Assembly (NCBI GenBank): GCA_964512155.1
Contig: CAZEHL010000005.1
Span: 1 to 35,814, forward strand
From: an uncultured Gammaproteobacteria bacterium
Lineage (GTDB): Bacteria > Patescibacteriota > Patescibacteriia > Patescibacteriales > JAGXOH01
Length of the DNA: 35,814 nt
Reading direction: 5' to 3'
Below the pieces are notes generated by a model. That model saw only the letters and a program-made list of their open reading frames with translations, was not told the origin of the DNA and searched no databases. Both the position numbers and the translations under genes were made by a program. This document shows positions 15,859-25,037 of the stretch, one piece after another. Position 1 is the first letter of the stretch, and each line of letters opens with the position of its first letter.

Positions 15859-16800
15859 ATGTTGTTTGTGAATAATGGGTTTTTAGCTCGAAGACTAATG
15901 AAGAAGGAAGAGGTAGCCCTTGAAAATTTAAATTTCGAATTTTCTAAAAAGGGTTATATGCTCCGTCTAATGGTAATGCATATTTTAGTTGTATGGGTCT
16001 TTATAAAGAAAAAGACTCTAAAAATGTTTAGTAGAAATCCTAAAGTAAACACCTATTGGGTTGATGGCTTTAGTGAATTAACTAACGCCATCAAAGAGGG
16101 TGCTCAGTCTTGGAAGGCTCTTGATATAATTTATAATTATCGCTTTCGAGAAGAAGGAGGTATGCATAACAAATGGGAAGATTGGTGGTTGCGTATCGCT
16201 AACGCTCGGGCAGTCAGAAATCGACTGAAGTTGGTTTCCCATTTATTAGAAGCAGAAATCCTTAGAATAGCTCGAGAACAGGGAAAAACCGAGGTAAAGG
16301 TTTTTTCCATAGCATCCGGGTCCGCCCAGGCTGTTTTAAGTGCTGCTTTAACTGTAAAGAAGCATGGGATAAAAACCAAGATAACATTATTAGATTTGGA
16401 TCAAGAAGCTTTGGAGTATAGCAAGAATTTATCTAAAAAGTACGGTTTGAATGGTGATATTGTTACTATTCAAAGCGCCACCAACGGATTTGAAAAAAAG
16501 GTAGAAAGTCCGGATATAATAGAAATGGTAGGATTTCTTGATTACAGGCCACACGCCAAGGCCGTAAAATTACTAAAGAGGATCAAAGAATTCCTTCCTT
16601 CTTACGGCTCTTTCATTACAGCCAATATTATGCATAATCCGGAAAAGTGGTTTATGCATATTGTATTGAATTGGCCGATGCTTCATAGGAAGCGAAATGA
16701 GTTTGAAAAAGTACTTGAAGAAGCAGATTTTGCTTCTTTTCAAACAGTAGTGGAACCTTATAACATTCATGTTGTGGGAGTATGCTACAAAAAAAATTGA
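15859..16800 (+). CDS. putative class I SAM-dependent methyltransferase-like protein
   Basis: ORF track starts at GTG 15742. I prefer ATG 15859 because AGGAGG lies 7 nt upstream. VKVFSIASGSAQAV...LLDLDQEALEYS resembles Rossmann motif I/II of SAM methyltransferases. The family assignment is tentative. Confidence 0.55.
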   Translation: MLFVNNGFLARRLMKKEEVALENLNFEFSKKGYMLRLMVMHILVVWVFIKKKTLKMFSRNPKVNTYWVDGFSELTNAIKEGAQSWKALDIIYNYRFREEGGMHNKWEDWWLRIANARAVRNRLKLVSHLLEAEILRIAREQGKTEVKVFSIASGSAQAVLSAALTVKKHGIKTKITLLDLDQEALEYSKNLSKKYGLNGDIVTIQSATNGFEKKVESPDIIEMVGFLDYRPHAKAVKLLKRIKEFLPSYGSFITANIMHNPEKWFMHIVLNWPMLHRKRNEFEKVLEEADFASFQTVVEPYNIHVVGVCYKKN

Positions 16801-16806
16801 TTTCTT

Positions 16807-16863
16807 CCCCCCGAATATGTTATAATTTAATAATTTAAATTATAACAGTTCGGGGGCTTTTTT
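16807..16863 (+). terminator. long hairpin plus T-run terminator abutting the histidine-kinase start
   Basis: ccccccgaa...ttcggggg closes a roughly 20-bp imperfect stem, followed by cttttttATG. Confidence 0.6.
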
Positions 16864-19035
16864 ATGTTATTTTATGTTATAACAGGACTTATTAACGGTA
16901 TTACCAGTGTTGTATTGGGATGGTTTATATTAAGAAGACGATTTCATTCAAAGATAAGTATTGTTTTTGCTTTGGTTTGTTTTGTGATGGCTATATGGAG
17001 TTTTGGTTATTTTTTTTGGATGATGAGTGATAGTTATGAAATGGCATTATTTTGGGTTAGGGTTTTGATGGCCGGTGCCATTTTTATTCCGGTTACTTTT
17101 CTGCATTTTATAATTTTATTTTTGGAGATCGATAAATTCGAGAAATGGATGAAATGGTTGTATTTGTTTTTCTTTGGGTTTTTAATATTAAATTTTACCC
17201 CTTGGTTTATTAAAGATCTGGAGCCGGTAAGTTTTTTAACTTATTGGCCTCGAGCCGGTATGGCATTCCATTTATTTTTGTTTTTTTGGATATTAATATG
17301 GTTTTTATGTTTTGGTTTGCTTTGCGAAAAAATGTGTTTCAATAAAAAAGCAGATCATCGTAAACAAAAACAAATTATCGTTCTTTTTATTGGAGCAATA
17401 GTAGCAGTGGTGGGTGGTAGCACCAATTATTTTCTCTGGTATGATATTCCCATTCCGCCGGTAGGTAATATTTTGGTTTTGGTATTTATTTTTTCCACTT
17501 TCTTCGCCATTGCCAAATACCAACTCATGGACATCAAGCTCGTTCTCCGCAAGTCCACGGTCTTCCTTTTTTCCATCCTCACCGTCATCCTGGCCGGCAT
17601 CGGCATCAAATTCGCTTATGAGGCGGTAATAGGTTTGGGGATTTACACCGGCGATATCTTGATGCTTATAACCGCCGTCATTCTCTACGACCCTCTCAAA
17701 AAACGTTATTTCATTCTGGCCAACAAATATTTCTTTTCTTCCTACTATGACAGCCGAAAAGTAATTTCGGATATCAGTGAAAATTTGAGGAAATTTTTGG
17801 ATACTGAAAAGATTTATGATTATATTTACAAAAAACTGGGAGACGCTTTTCATTTCACTTCCTTCGGAGTTCTTTCCTATGATGAAGAAAAGAAAGAATA
17901 CCGGGCCATGTACAACCGGGGTTTTGATATCGGTAATAAACAATTATTCCGAGGAGATAAAATTTTGCGGAAAAAATTCATCAACCGGAATAAGCCGATC
18001 ATAGTGGAAGAGGTTAAGAATATGTATAAAGGAGGGCATGTAAAGAAGCTGATCGACTATCTGGAAAAAACCGGAGTGGAAGTGATCGCTCCCTTGTATA
18101 GCCAGGATAAAAATATCGGTCTTTTGGTGTTCGGCCCCAAAGAGTCTGGGGATATGTATAATGAAGAGGATCTGGAAGTTATAAAAATAGTCGGAGCCCA
18201 GGCTGCGGTTACTTTGGAAAACGCCCGGCTTTATGAAAAAACTAAAGATTTCAATGTTAAATTAAGGAAAGAAGTGGAGCGGGCCACCAAAAATTTAAAA
18301 GCGGCCAATAGGAGGCTGCGCCAGATGGATAAAATTAAAACCGATTTTTTGTCCATTGCTTCTCATCAGCTTCGTACCCCGTTAACCATTATTAAAGGAT
18401 ATATTTCCATGCTTTTGGACGGGACTTTCGGCAAGTTGGGCAAGAAGCAACAAGGGGCCTTGGAAAAAGTGTTCGAGTCCTCGGATCGGCTGATAGATCT
18501 GGTGGAGGATCTGCTTAATATTTCCAGAATAGAATCCGGACGGATGGAATACAATAAACGCCTTGTTCAAATGAGGGAGATAGTGGAGGGCGTCCATGAA
18601 GAGTTGAAGACCGCGGCCGAAAAGAAAGGGTTGCGGTTCTTTTTTAATGAGCCGAAAAAACAGCTTCCCAAAGTGAATATAGATCCGGAAAAGATAAGGC
18701 AGGTGGTGATGAATTTGACAGACAATGCCATCAAATACACCGAGGAAGGAAGTGTTTCTTTAAGTTTGGACAAAACCAAAGAAGGTGTAAAATTCTGTGT
18801 GGAGGATACCGGCCGGGGCATAGCCAAAGATGAAATGGGCAATTTATTCCAAAAATTTTCCCGCAACGAGGGTTCTGACCTGGTCCACACCGAAGGCACC
18901 GGTTTGGGGTTGTATGTGGCCAAGCAAATAGTGGAGGGCCACGGAGGCAAGATCCGGGCGGAAAGCAAGGGGAAAGGCAAGGGAAGCAGGTTTATTTTTA
19001 TTATGCCGACAAGTAATAATTCCAAGAAAAAATAA
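16864..19035 (+). CDS. sensor histidine kinase (N-terminal multi-TM domain, GAF-like, HisKA, HATPase_c)
   Basis: 723 aa. About 7 hydrophobic segments at the N-terminus, H-box FLSIASHQLRTPL, N-box NLTDNAIKYT, G-boxes DTGRGI and GTGLGLY. The start codon is uncertain: no RBS, and it is directly preceded by a terminator. Confidence 0.88.
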   Translation: MLFYVITGLINGITSVVLGWFILRRRFHSKISIVFALVCFVMAIWSFGYFFWMMSDSYEMALFWVRVLMAGAIFIPVTFLHFIILFLEIDKFEKWMKWLYLFFFGFLILNFTPWFIKDLEPVSFLTYWPRAGMAFHLFLFFWILIWFLCFGLLCEKMCFNKKADHRKQKQIIVLFIGAIVAVVGGSTNYFLWYDIPIPPVGNILVLVFIFSTFFAIAKYQLMDIKLVLRKSTVFLFSILTVILAGIGIKFAYEAVIGLGIYTGDILMLITAVILYDPLKKRYFILANKYFFSSYYDSRKVISDISENLRKFLDTEKIYDYIYKKLGDAFHFTSFGVLSYDEEKKEYRAMYNRGFDIGNKQLFRGDKILRKKFINRNKPIIVEEVKNMYKGGHVKKLIDYLEKTGVEVIAPLYSQDKNIGLLVFGPKESGDMYNEEDLEVIKIVGAQAAVTLENARLYEKTKDFNVKLRKEVERATKNLKAANRRLRQMDKIKTDFLSIASHQLRTPLTIIKGYISMLLDGTFGKLGKKQQGALEKVFESSDRLIDLVEDLLNISRIESGRMEYNKRLVQMREIVEGVHEELKTAAEKKGLRFFFNEPKKQLPKVNIDPEKIRQVVMNLTDNAIKYTEEGSVSLSLDKTKEGVKFCVEDTGRGIAKDEMGNLFQKFSRNEGSDLVHTEGTGLGLYVAKQIVEGHGGKIRAESKGKGKGSRFIFIMPTSNNSKKK

Positions 19036-19059
19036 AATATCCGCTTAATTTTTAAAATA

Positions 19060-19089
19060 AATGTTTCACACTGGCCAGTGTGAAACATT
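19060..19089. repeat. 30-bp perfect palindrome (copy 2 of 2), probable terminator of the kinase gene
   Basis: aatgtttcacactgg|ccagtgtgaaacatt, 25 nt after the kinase stop. Same sequence as 12-43. Confidence 0.8.
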
Positions 19090-19210
19090 AAAGTAACCGC
19101 TGAAAAATACACAAAAGAACCCGGTCAAGTGGATTTTACAGAGCTAAAAGAAAATGGGATTTGTCACAACAGCTTGGTCCTATGAGAGTTACAATCAATT
19201 TTAACCCCCT

Positions 19211-19543
19211 TTAGTCAAACTTTTCTCTTAATTGCTTAAGGCGTGCACCATACTTTTCATGCCATTCAGGAATTTTCTTGTTAATTTTTTCAATCTTCCT
19301 AGAATAAGCAGATTGCAAATCAATATTGTATGAATCGCAAATAGAAAAGAGACTAAAAAGAACATCGGCAGCTTCATCTTCAAGCTCTTCTTGCCTTGAT
19401 CCTTCATACATCTCTATTTCCATAATTTCTTTTGACAGCTCTCCGACCTCCTCAAACAACCCCAAGGTATTTCCAAGTCTTGGGTGCTCAATGCCGGTAA
19501 GAAGTTTTTTTTGTTCTTCTTGCAATTTTTGCAGTGATTTCAT
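19211..19543 (-). CDS. MazG-like nucleotide pyrophosphohydrolase
   Basis: 110 aa. LFEEVGELSKEI...EDEAADVLFSLFSICD is the all-alpha NTP-PPase (MazG) signature. Confidence 0.75.
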   Translation of the reverse strand: MKSLQKLQEEQKKLLTGIEHPRLGNTLGLFEEVGELSKEIMEIEMYEGSRQEELEDEAADVLFSLFSICDSYNIDLQSAYSRKIEKINKKIPEWHEKYGARLKQLREKFD

Positions 19544-19655
19544 AGTTTTACCTTAATTATTTATGTTCAGATTATCACACGGAGCCGAAGTTGTAAAAAA
19601 GGGAGCTGATAGTGTAAAATAAAAGGTCGCAAATTAAACAAAAAAGGAGATAAAA

Positions 19656-21329
19656 ATGAACAAAGAAAATCAAAAAAGAAAAATCTTGATAGGAGCGGCT
19701 TGGCCTTACGCTAACGGATCCTTGCATTTGGGGCACGTGTCCGCGCTTTTAGGATCTGATATACTGGCCAGGTATTTCAGGTTGAACGGAGATTCCGTAT
19801 TATTTGTATCCGGAAGCGATTGTCATGGAACCCCCATAGTTTTAAAGGCTCATGACAATGGTGTTCATCCTTCCGAAATCGCGGATAAATATCACAAAGA
19901 ATTCACTGAGACTCTTATAGAGGGCTTATCATTTTCTTATGATATTTATACAACAACCACAACCGACAATCATCACAAGGTAGTGCAAGATCTTTTTGCT
20001 GATTTGTACAAAAAAGGATTCATCTATACTAAGATCGAAGAATTGCCTTATTGTGTTAATTGTTCCAGGTTTTTGCCGGATAGATATATCGAAGGAGAAT
20101 GTCCGATATGCCAATATGACGGAGCCAGGGGGGATCAATGCGACAGTTGCGGAAATCTGTTGGACGCCAATCAACTAAAAAAACCGAGATGTAAAATATG
20201 CGGGCAATCTCCGGAATGGCGTGAAACAGAGCATTTTTTCTTAAAGCTAACAGCTTTCAGGGATAATTTGATCGAATGGGTCAAAGAAAGTAAAAAATGG
20301 AGGTCAAATGCTAGAAATTTTACCCTTGAATTATTAAAACAAGGATTAATTGATCGAGCCATTACTCGGGATACGGAATGGGGAGTGCCCGTGCCTTTCC
20401 AGGGATATGAATCCAAGAGGATTTATGTATGGTTCGAGGCCGTTTGTGGCTATTTATCCGCCAGCAAGGAATGGTCCTCCATTCAGGAGAATAACGGAAA
20501 ATGGGAAGAGTTTTGGTATAATAACCAAGCCGTGCATTATTATGTGCACGGTAAAGATAATATTCCTTTCCATACCATTATTTGGCCGGCGATATTGTTA
20601 GGGGATTCGAAGTTGCATCTCCCGGATAGAATAGTCTCTTCGGAATATCTTACATTGGAGAAAAAGCAATTTTCCAAGAGTAGAAAATGGGCGGTATGGC
20701 TCCCCGATTTTCTTTCCAAGTTTGATTCTGAAACTCTGAGATATTATCTTGTAGCCGGCGGTTCTGAAACGGCGGATGCGGATTTTTCCTGGGAAGAATA
20801 TGCTTTAAGAACCAATAGCGAGTTGATAGGTAATTTCGGGAATTATGTTCACCGGGTACTTTCTTTTGTGCAAAAGAATTTCCCCGAGGGTGTTAATTTT
20901 CCTGAAGAATTGGATTCTCTTGAATCCGATATCCTGCAAAAAGCCCGCAATACTTTCAATTCGGCCGGTGATCACCTCGAGGAAGCTAATTTTAAAAAGG
21001 GCCTACGTCAAATATTTGAATTGGTGGAAGAAGGGAATCGTTATTTTAATACCGCCGCCCCTTGGAAAACGATCAAAACCGATGTCAAAAAAGCGGAGGG
21101 AGATTTGGCCGTGGCGGTTCATGTTGTCAAATGCTTAGCCATTCTCATTAATCCTTTTTTGCCGAAAAGTTCCGAAAAGATATACTCTCAGATAGAAGCG
21201 GATTCTTTTCGATGTAAATGGGGATATCCAATTCATTCCTTTACAAAAGCAAAGAATCCGAAACCTTTGTATAAAAGAATAGAAAGGGAGGATATAGAAA
21301 GAGAGCGTTCTTTGTTGGGAAGAGGATGA
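19656..21329 (+). CDS. metG: methionine--tRNA ligase
   Basis: 557 aa. AAGGAG RBS, HIGH-type PYANGSLHLGH, zinc knuckles CPICQ...CDSCG, and KMSKS-type KFSKSRK. Confidence 0.92.
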   Translation: MNKENQKRKILIGAAWPYANGSLHLGHVSALLGSDILARYFRLNGDSVLFVSGSDCHGTPIVLKAHDNGVHPSEIADKYHKEFTETLIEGLSFSYDIYTTTTTDNHHKVVQDLFADLYKKGFIYTKIEELPYCVNCSRFLPDRYIEGECPICQYDGARGDQCDSCGNLLDANQLKKPRCKICGQSPEWRETEHFFLKLTAFRDNLIEWVKESKKWRSNARNFTLELLKQGLIDRAITRDTEWGVPVPFQGYESKRIYVWFEAVCGYLSASKEWSSIQENNGKWEEFWYNNQAVHYYVHGKDNIPFHTIIWPAILLGDSKLHLPDRIVSSEYLTLEKKQFSKSRKWAVWLPDFLSKFDSETLRYYLVAGGSETADADFSWEEYALRTNSELIGNFGNYVHRVLSFVQKNFPEGVNFPEELDSLESDILQKARNTFNSAGDHLEEANFKKGLRQIFELVEEGNRYFNTAAPWKTIKTDVKKAEGDLAVAVHVVKCLAILINPFLPKSSEKIYSQIEADSFRCKWGYPIHSFTKAKNPKPLYKRIEREDIERERSLLGRG

Positions 21330-21580
21330 TTTGCAATGAATTAGATTTTTTAGTTTTTTGTTAATTTATGGATAATCCCGGAATGAAACATGAATTTGCG
21401 ATATTTCGGAACAAAACAAAAACAGTTATTTGCCGGCCAAGGTGAAGTAGAGCATGCTGTTTATTAACGTGACGGGATTTTACAATTGTTTAGTTTTATG
21501 AAATTATTAACGGTATAAATAAAGTGAAAAATATTTGAAAATTTTTCGGATACGCAAGATTCTATACAACAAAGGAAGTT

Positions 21581-22996
21581 ATGGAAAAAAATAAGAAAAC
21601 AATTTCGGAGCAATTTTTGGATTACGCCAAAAAGGCGGAATTATTTGATTACGGCCCTTTTAAAGGTTCAATAGTGATTCGTCCTTATGCTTATTCTATT
21701 TGGGAAACATGCCAAACCTATTTGGACGCGGAAATAAAGAAAATGAATTGCGACAATATCTATTTTCCTTGCTTGATTCCGGAGAAGTTATTGTCCAAAG
21801 AAAAGGAGCATGTAGAGGGATTTTCTCCCGAGTTGGCGATGGTGACCCACGGAGGAGGCGAAGAATTGGCCGAGAAATTGGCGGTTCGCCCCACTTCGGA
21901 AACTTTAATGTATCATTATTTTGCTAAATGGATATCTTCCTGGAGAGATCTTCCTTTTAAAGTTAATCAGTGGTCGAATGTTATCAGGTGGGAATTAAGG
22001 CCGTTTCCGTTTTTGAGAACCTCGGAATTTCTTTGGCAAGAAGGACATACCGCTCACTCCACTTATGAAGAGGCGGAGGAGCAGGCCTTTAATTCTTTAA
22101 AAGCTTATGAAAAATTATTCCGAGAGGTTTTGGCAATGCCCGTTTTTATCGGCAAAAAGTCGGAAAAGGAAAAATTCGCCGGCGCTCTTTATTCTATGAG
22201 TTGCGAGTCCATGCTTTTGGACGGGAATGCTCTGCAAGCGGCCACTTCTCATAATTTGGGTCAGAATTTTTCCCGGGTTTTCGGAGTCGATTTTCACAAC
22301 AAAGACGGAGAGAAAGATTATGTCTGGCAGACCAGTTGGGGGCTGTCCACCAGGGCGTTGGGAGGAATGTTTTTGACTCATATGGATGAAAAGGGATTGG
22401 TTATCCCGCCCAAAGCGGCTCCGGTTCAAGTAATTATAATTCCCATAGGAGCAGAAAAGAAAAAAGAAGTTTTAGAATCGAGCGGGAAGATAAAACTGGA
22501 ATTGGAGAATGCCGGTATAAAGGTTAAAATCGATAACCGAGAACAGTCTCCCGGCTGGAAATTCAATGATGCCGAATTAAAAGGAGTGCCGGTTAGATTG
22601 GAAATCGGTCCCAAGGATATAGAAAAAGGGGTGGCGGAAGTGGTAAGAAGAGATACCGGTGAGAAGAATTCTACGTCTTCCGAGCAGTTAACCTCCAATA
22701 TTCAAAATTTATTGGAGGAAATTCAAAGTAATTTGTATATGAAGGCGCAACAATTCATCGAGAAAAACAGTTATAAAGTAAACAGTTATAAGGAATTTAA
22801 AGAGATAATACAAGGAAGCAGAGGTTTTATTTGGGCGGATTGGTGTGGAGATCGAGAATGTGAAGAAGCCGTTAAAACCGAAACTAAGGCGACCACCAGA
22901 TGCATTCCGTTTGAAAATAAATCGTTTAATACCGGCAAATGTTTCTATTGCGGACGAGAGGCGCATTATCGTCCTATTTGGGCAAGAGCTTATTAA
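21581..22996 (+). CDS. proS: proline--tRNA ligase, archaeal/eukaryote-like type
   Basis: 471 aa. Class II motifs (RPTSE, FLRTSEFLWQEGHTAH), an anticodon-binding segment, and a C-terminal Cys-containing domain ending in the characteristic terminal Tyr (IWARAY). Confidence 0.9.
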   Translation: MEKNKKTISEQFLDYAKKAELFDYGPFKGSIVIRPYAYSIWETCQTYLDAEIKKMNCDNIYFPCLIPEKLLSKEKEHVEGFSPELAMVTHGGGEELAEKLAVRPTSETLMYHYFAKWISSWRDLPFKVNQWSNVIRWELRPFPFLRTSEFLWQEGHTAHSTYEEAEEQAFNSLKAYEKLFREVLAMPVFIGKKSEKEKFAGALYSMSCESMLLDGNALQAATSHNLGQNFSRVFGVDFHNKDGEKDYVWQTSWGLSTRALGGMFLTHMDEKGLVIPPKAAPVQVIIIPIGAEKKKEVLESSGKIKLELENAGIKVKIDNREQSPGWKFNDAELKGVPVRLEIGPKDIEKGVAEVVRRDTGEKNSTSSEQLTSNIQNLLEEIQSNLYMKAQQFIEKNSYKVNSYKEFKEIIQGSRGFIWADWCGDRECEEAVKTETKATTRCIPFENKSFNTGKCFYCGREAHYRPIWARAY

Positions 22997-23021
22997 GGAT
23001 CGGAATATTATTTACATCAAA

Positions 23022-23048
23022 GGCGTAAAATCATTTTTTGCGCCTTTT
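23022..23048 (+). terminator. intrinsic terminator after proS
   Basis: ggcgtaaaa-tcatt-ttttgcgcc: 9-bp stem (one G.U) followed by tttt. Confidence 0.6.
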
Positions 23049-23124
23049 ATCTTATTCGGTTTTTAATAGTTGTAATAAATCGGGCTTATTTTCGTATAAT
23101 TATACAGAAGAATTAAGATGCGGT

Positions 23125-23165
23125 AGCACCCCGCCTCTCACACAAAAGGGGCGGGGTGCCTTTTT
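23125..23165 (+). terminator. strong GC hairpin plus T-run 15 nt upstream of the ABC exporter ATG (second terminator or leader attenuator)
   Basis: gcaccccgcc-14 nt-ggcggggtgc followed by cttttt. A possible TATAAT lies at 23095-23100. Confidence 0.55.
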
Positions 23166-23179
23166 CCGTTTCCATTCTT

Positions 23180-24976
23180 ATGGCAAAAAATAAAAACGGA
23201 CAATCACAGCGGACGGCCGGTTCCAAGAGGTTTTGGAAGCAGTTTTGGAGCATGCTCGAGCCTTCCCATAAGCAAATAAAGATTTTGTTTGTTTTTATCG
23301 CGGCTTTCCGTTTATCCCAATTGGCCGCCCCTTATATTTTAAAATTGATAGTGGATGAGCTTTCCCATTTTGATGCGGAGCAAATTTCTTACCTTTTGCT
23401 TCTTATCGCCGTTTTTTTCGCCAGTGAGCAATTTACTTCCATTTTGGGTTATTTTAAAGATAAAAGAACTTTTTCCATGGTAGTGGATGCGGAATATTAT
23501 CTTCCCACCCGCATTCAAGAAAAATTGGTTAACCTTTCGCTGGATTATCATGAACGGGAAAATACCGGCAATAAAATAATTAAGACCGAAAGAGGGGTGT
23601 ATAAAATAGCCGACCTATTGGCCAATTTGGCCTTTGAGGTGGTTCCCACTTTGGTCCAGCTGGTTGTTACTTTGATCGCTTTAAGTGTTTTGGATTGGCG
23701 CATCGGCCTTTCTTTCGCTTTCTTTTCTCCTCTTTTTATTTATATCACTTTCAAAGTGAACAAGAGGCTTTATCCGGTTAGAAAGAAAAGATATAAAAAG
23801 CATGAAGATTCTTCCGGCAAAATGGGCCAGTCCATTATCAATATCAATACGGTTAAATCCTTTTCTCAAGAATCAAGAGAAAAAAAGGAGTACGGGAGTA
23901 TGAGGCAAAAGTTGAGGAAATGGGAGTTGTTCGAATGGTTCAGTTTGTTGAAATGGAATTTAGGCAGGAATTTGATAATCGATTTGGGCAGGGTCAGTAT
24001 TCTGGTTTTGAGCGTGTATTTGGCTTGGCAAGGCGAGGTTACTATCGGTTCTTTGGTGTTTGCCGTTACTTTGTCCGAGAAGGCCTACTTTTCCTTGTAT
24101 CGGCTTTCCCGGTTTTATGACCGCATGGAGGAAGGAGCGGAGGCGGTGAATCGATTCGCGGATATAATAAACGAAGAGCCGAGCATTAAAAGCCCGGAAA
24201 ACGGCATAAAGCCGTCCAAGATAGAAGGAAGAGTGGAATTTAAGAACGTGGATTTCAGCTATGATAGCCGGGTTTCCAAACATTTTAAGGCCTTAAAGGA
24301 TGTGAATTTGGATATAAAGCCGGGCGGAGTTACGGCCCTGGTCGGTCCTTCGGGCGGAGGCAAGACCACTATCGCCAAGATGATCTATCGCCATTATGAT
24401 CCCCAAAAAGGACAGGTGCTATTGGATGGACGGGATCTTAGGGAGTATGACTTGAAAATTTTAAGAGGGTCCATAGCTATTGTTCCCCAAGAAGTGGAAG
24501 TTTTTGATGTAAGCGTGAAACACAATATCTCTTATGCCAAGCCGAACGCTTCTTTCTCTGAAATAAAAGAAGCGGCCCAAGTGGCCAATGCGGATGAATT
24601 CATTAATAACCTGCCGGACGGATACAATACTTTGGTGGGCGAGCGGGGCATGAAGCTTTCCGGCGGACAAAGGCAGAGGATCGGCATTGCCCGGGCGGTT
24701 TTGGCCGACCCGTCCATTCTTATTTTTGACGAGGCCACCAGTAATTTGGACAGTTACAGCGAAAAATTGATCCAAGAGTCTATGGAAAAGATCGGCCGGG
24801 GCAGGACGATGATCATCATCGCCCATCGATTGAGTACCATTAATAAAGCGGATAAGATCATAGTGTTGGAAGACGGCCGGGTGGTGGAGCAAGGCGACCA
24901 TAATGAATTGGCTCGGAATAAAGGCGGTCTATACCGGAAATTATTGGACCTGCAGAAGACAGGGAATGTGGATTAA
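23180..24976 (+). CDS. ABC exporter, fused permease/ATPase (MsbA/MdlB-like)
   Basis: N-terminal 6-TM region, Walker A GPSGGGKTT, signature LSGGQRQR, Walker B ILIFDEATS. The ORF-track start 23156 lies inside the hairpin, so ATG 23180 is preferred. Confidence 0.9.
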   Translation: MAKNKNGQSQRTAGSKRFWKQFWSMLEPSHKQIKILFVFIAAFRLSQLAAPYILKLIVDELSHFDAEQISYLLLLIAVFFASEQFTSILGYFKDKRTFSMVVDAEYYLPTRIQEKLVNLSLDYHERENTGNKIIKTERGVYKIADLLANLAFEVVPTLVQLVVTLIALSVLDWRIGLSFAFFSPLFIYITFKVNKRLYPVRKKRYKKHEDSSGKMGQSIININTVKSFSQESREKKEYGSMRQKLRKWELFEWFSLLKWNLGRNLIIDLGRVSILVLSVYLAWQGEVTIGSLVFAVTLSEKAYFSLYRLSRFYDRMEEGAEAVNRFADIINEEPSIKSPENGIKPSKIEGRVEFKNVDFSYDSRVSKHFKALKDVNLDIKPGGVTALVGPSGGGKTTIAKMIYRHYDPQKGQVLLDGRDLREYDLKILRGSIAIVPQEVEVFDVSVKHNISYAKPNASFSEIKEAAQVANADEFINNLPDGYNTLVGERGMKLSGGQRQRIGIARAVLADPSILIFDEATSNLDSYSEKLIQESMEKIGRGRTMIIIAHRLSTINKADKIIVLEDGRVVEQGDHNELARNKGGLYRKLLDLQKTGNVD

Positions 24977-24993
24977 AAGATAAATTTTGAATT

Positions 24994-25023
24994 AAAAACC
25001 CCGTGAGCATCACGGGGTTTTTT
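24994..25023. terminator. bidirectional intrinsic terminator between the convergent ABC exporter and the DHH-like gene
   Basis: aaaaaccccgtg-agcat-cacggggtttttt: 7-bp GC stem flanked by an A-run and a T-run. Confidence 0.8.
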
Positions 25024-25037
25024 GTTAGTTGAAAGAG

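Noticed and set aside
17305-17943. 212-aa minus-strand ORF inside the histidine-kinase gene
   Set aside because: Fully antisense to a gene with clear kinase motifs. No RBS and low-complexity composition. Typical shadow ORF.
18567-19112. 181-aa minus-strand ORF overlapping the kinase 3' end
   Set aside because: Antisense to the HATPase domain and begins within or just beyond the palindromic terminator. No motif support.
24461-24901. 146-aa minus-strand ORF inside the ABC exporter ATPase domain
   Set aside because: Antisense shadow of a GC-richer coding region. The plus-strand frame carries Walker A/B and the ABC signature.
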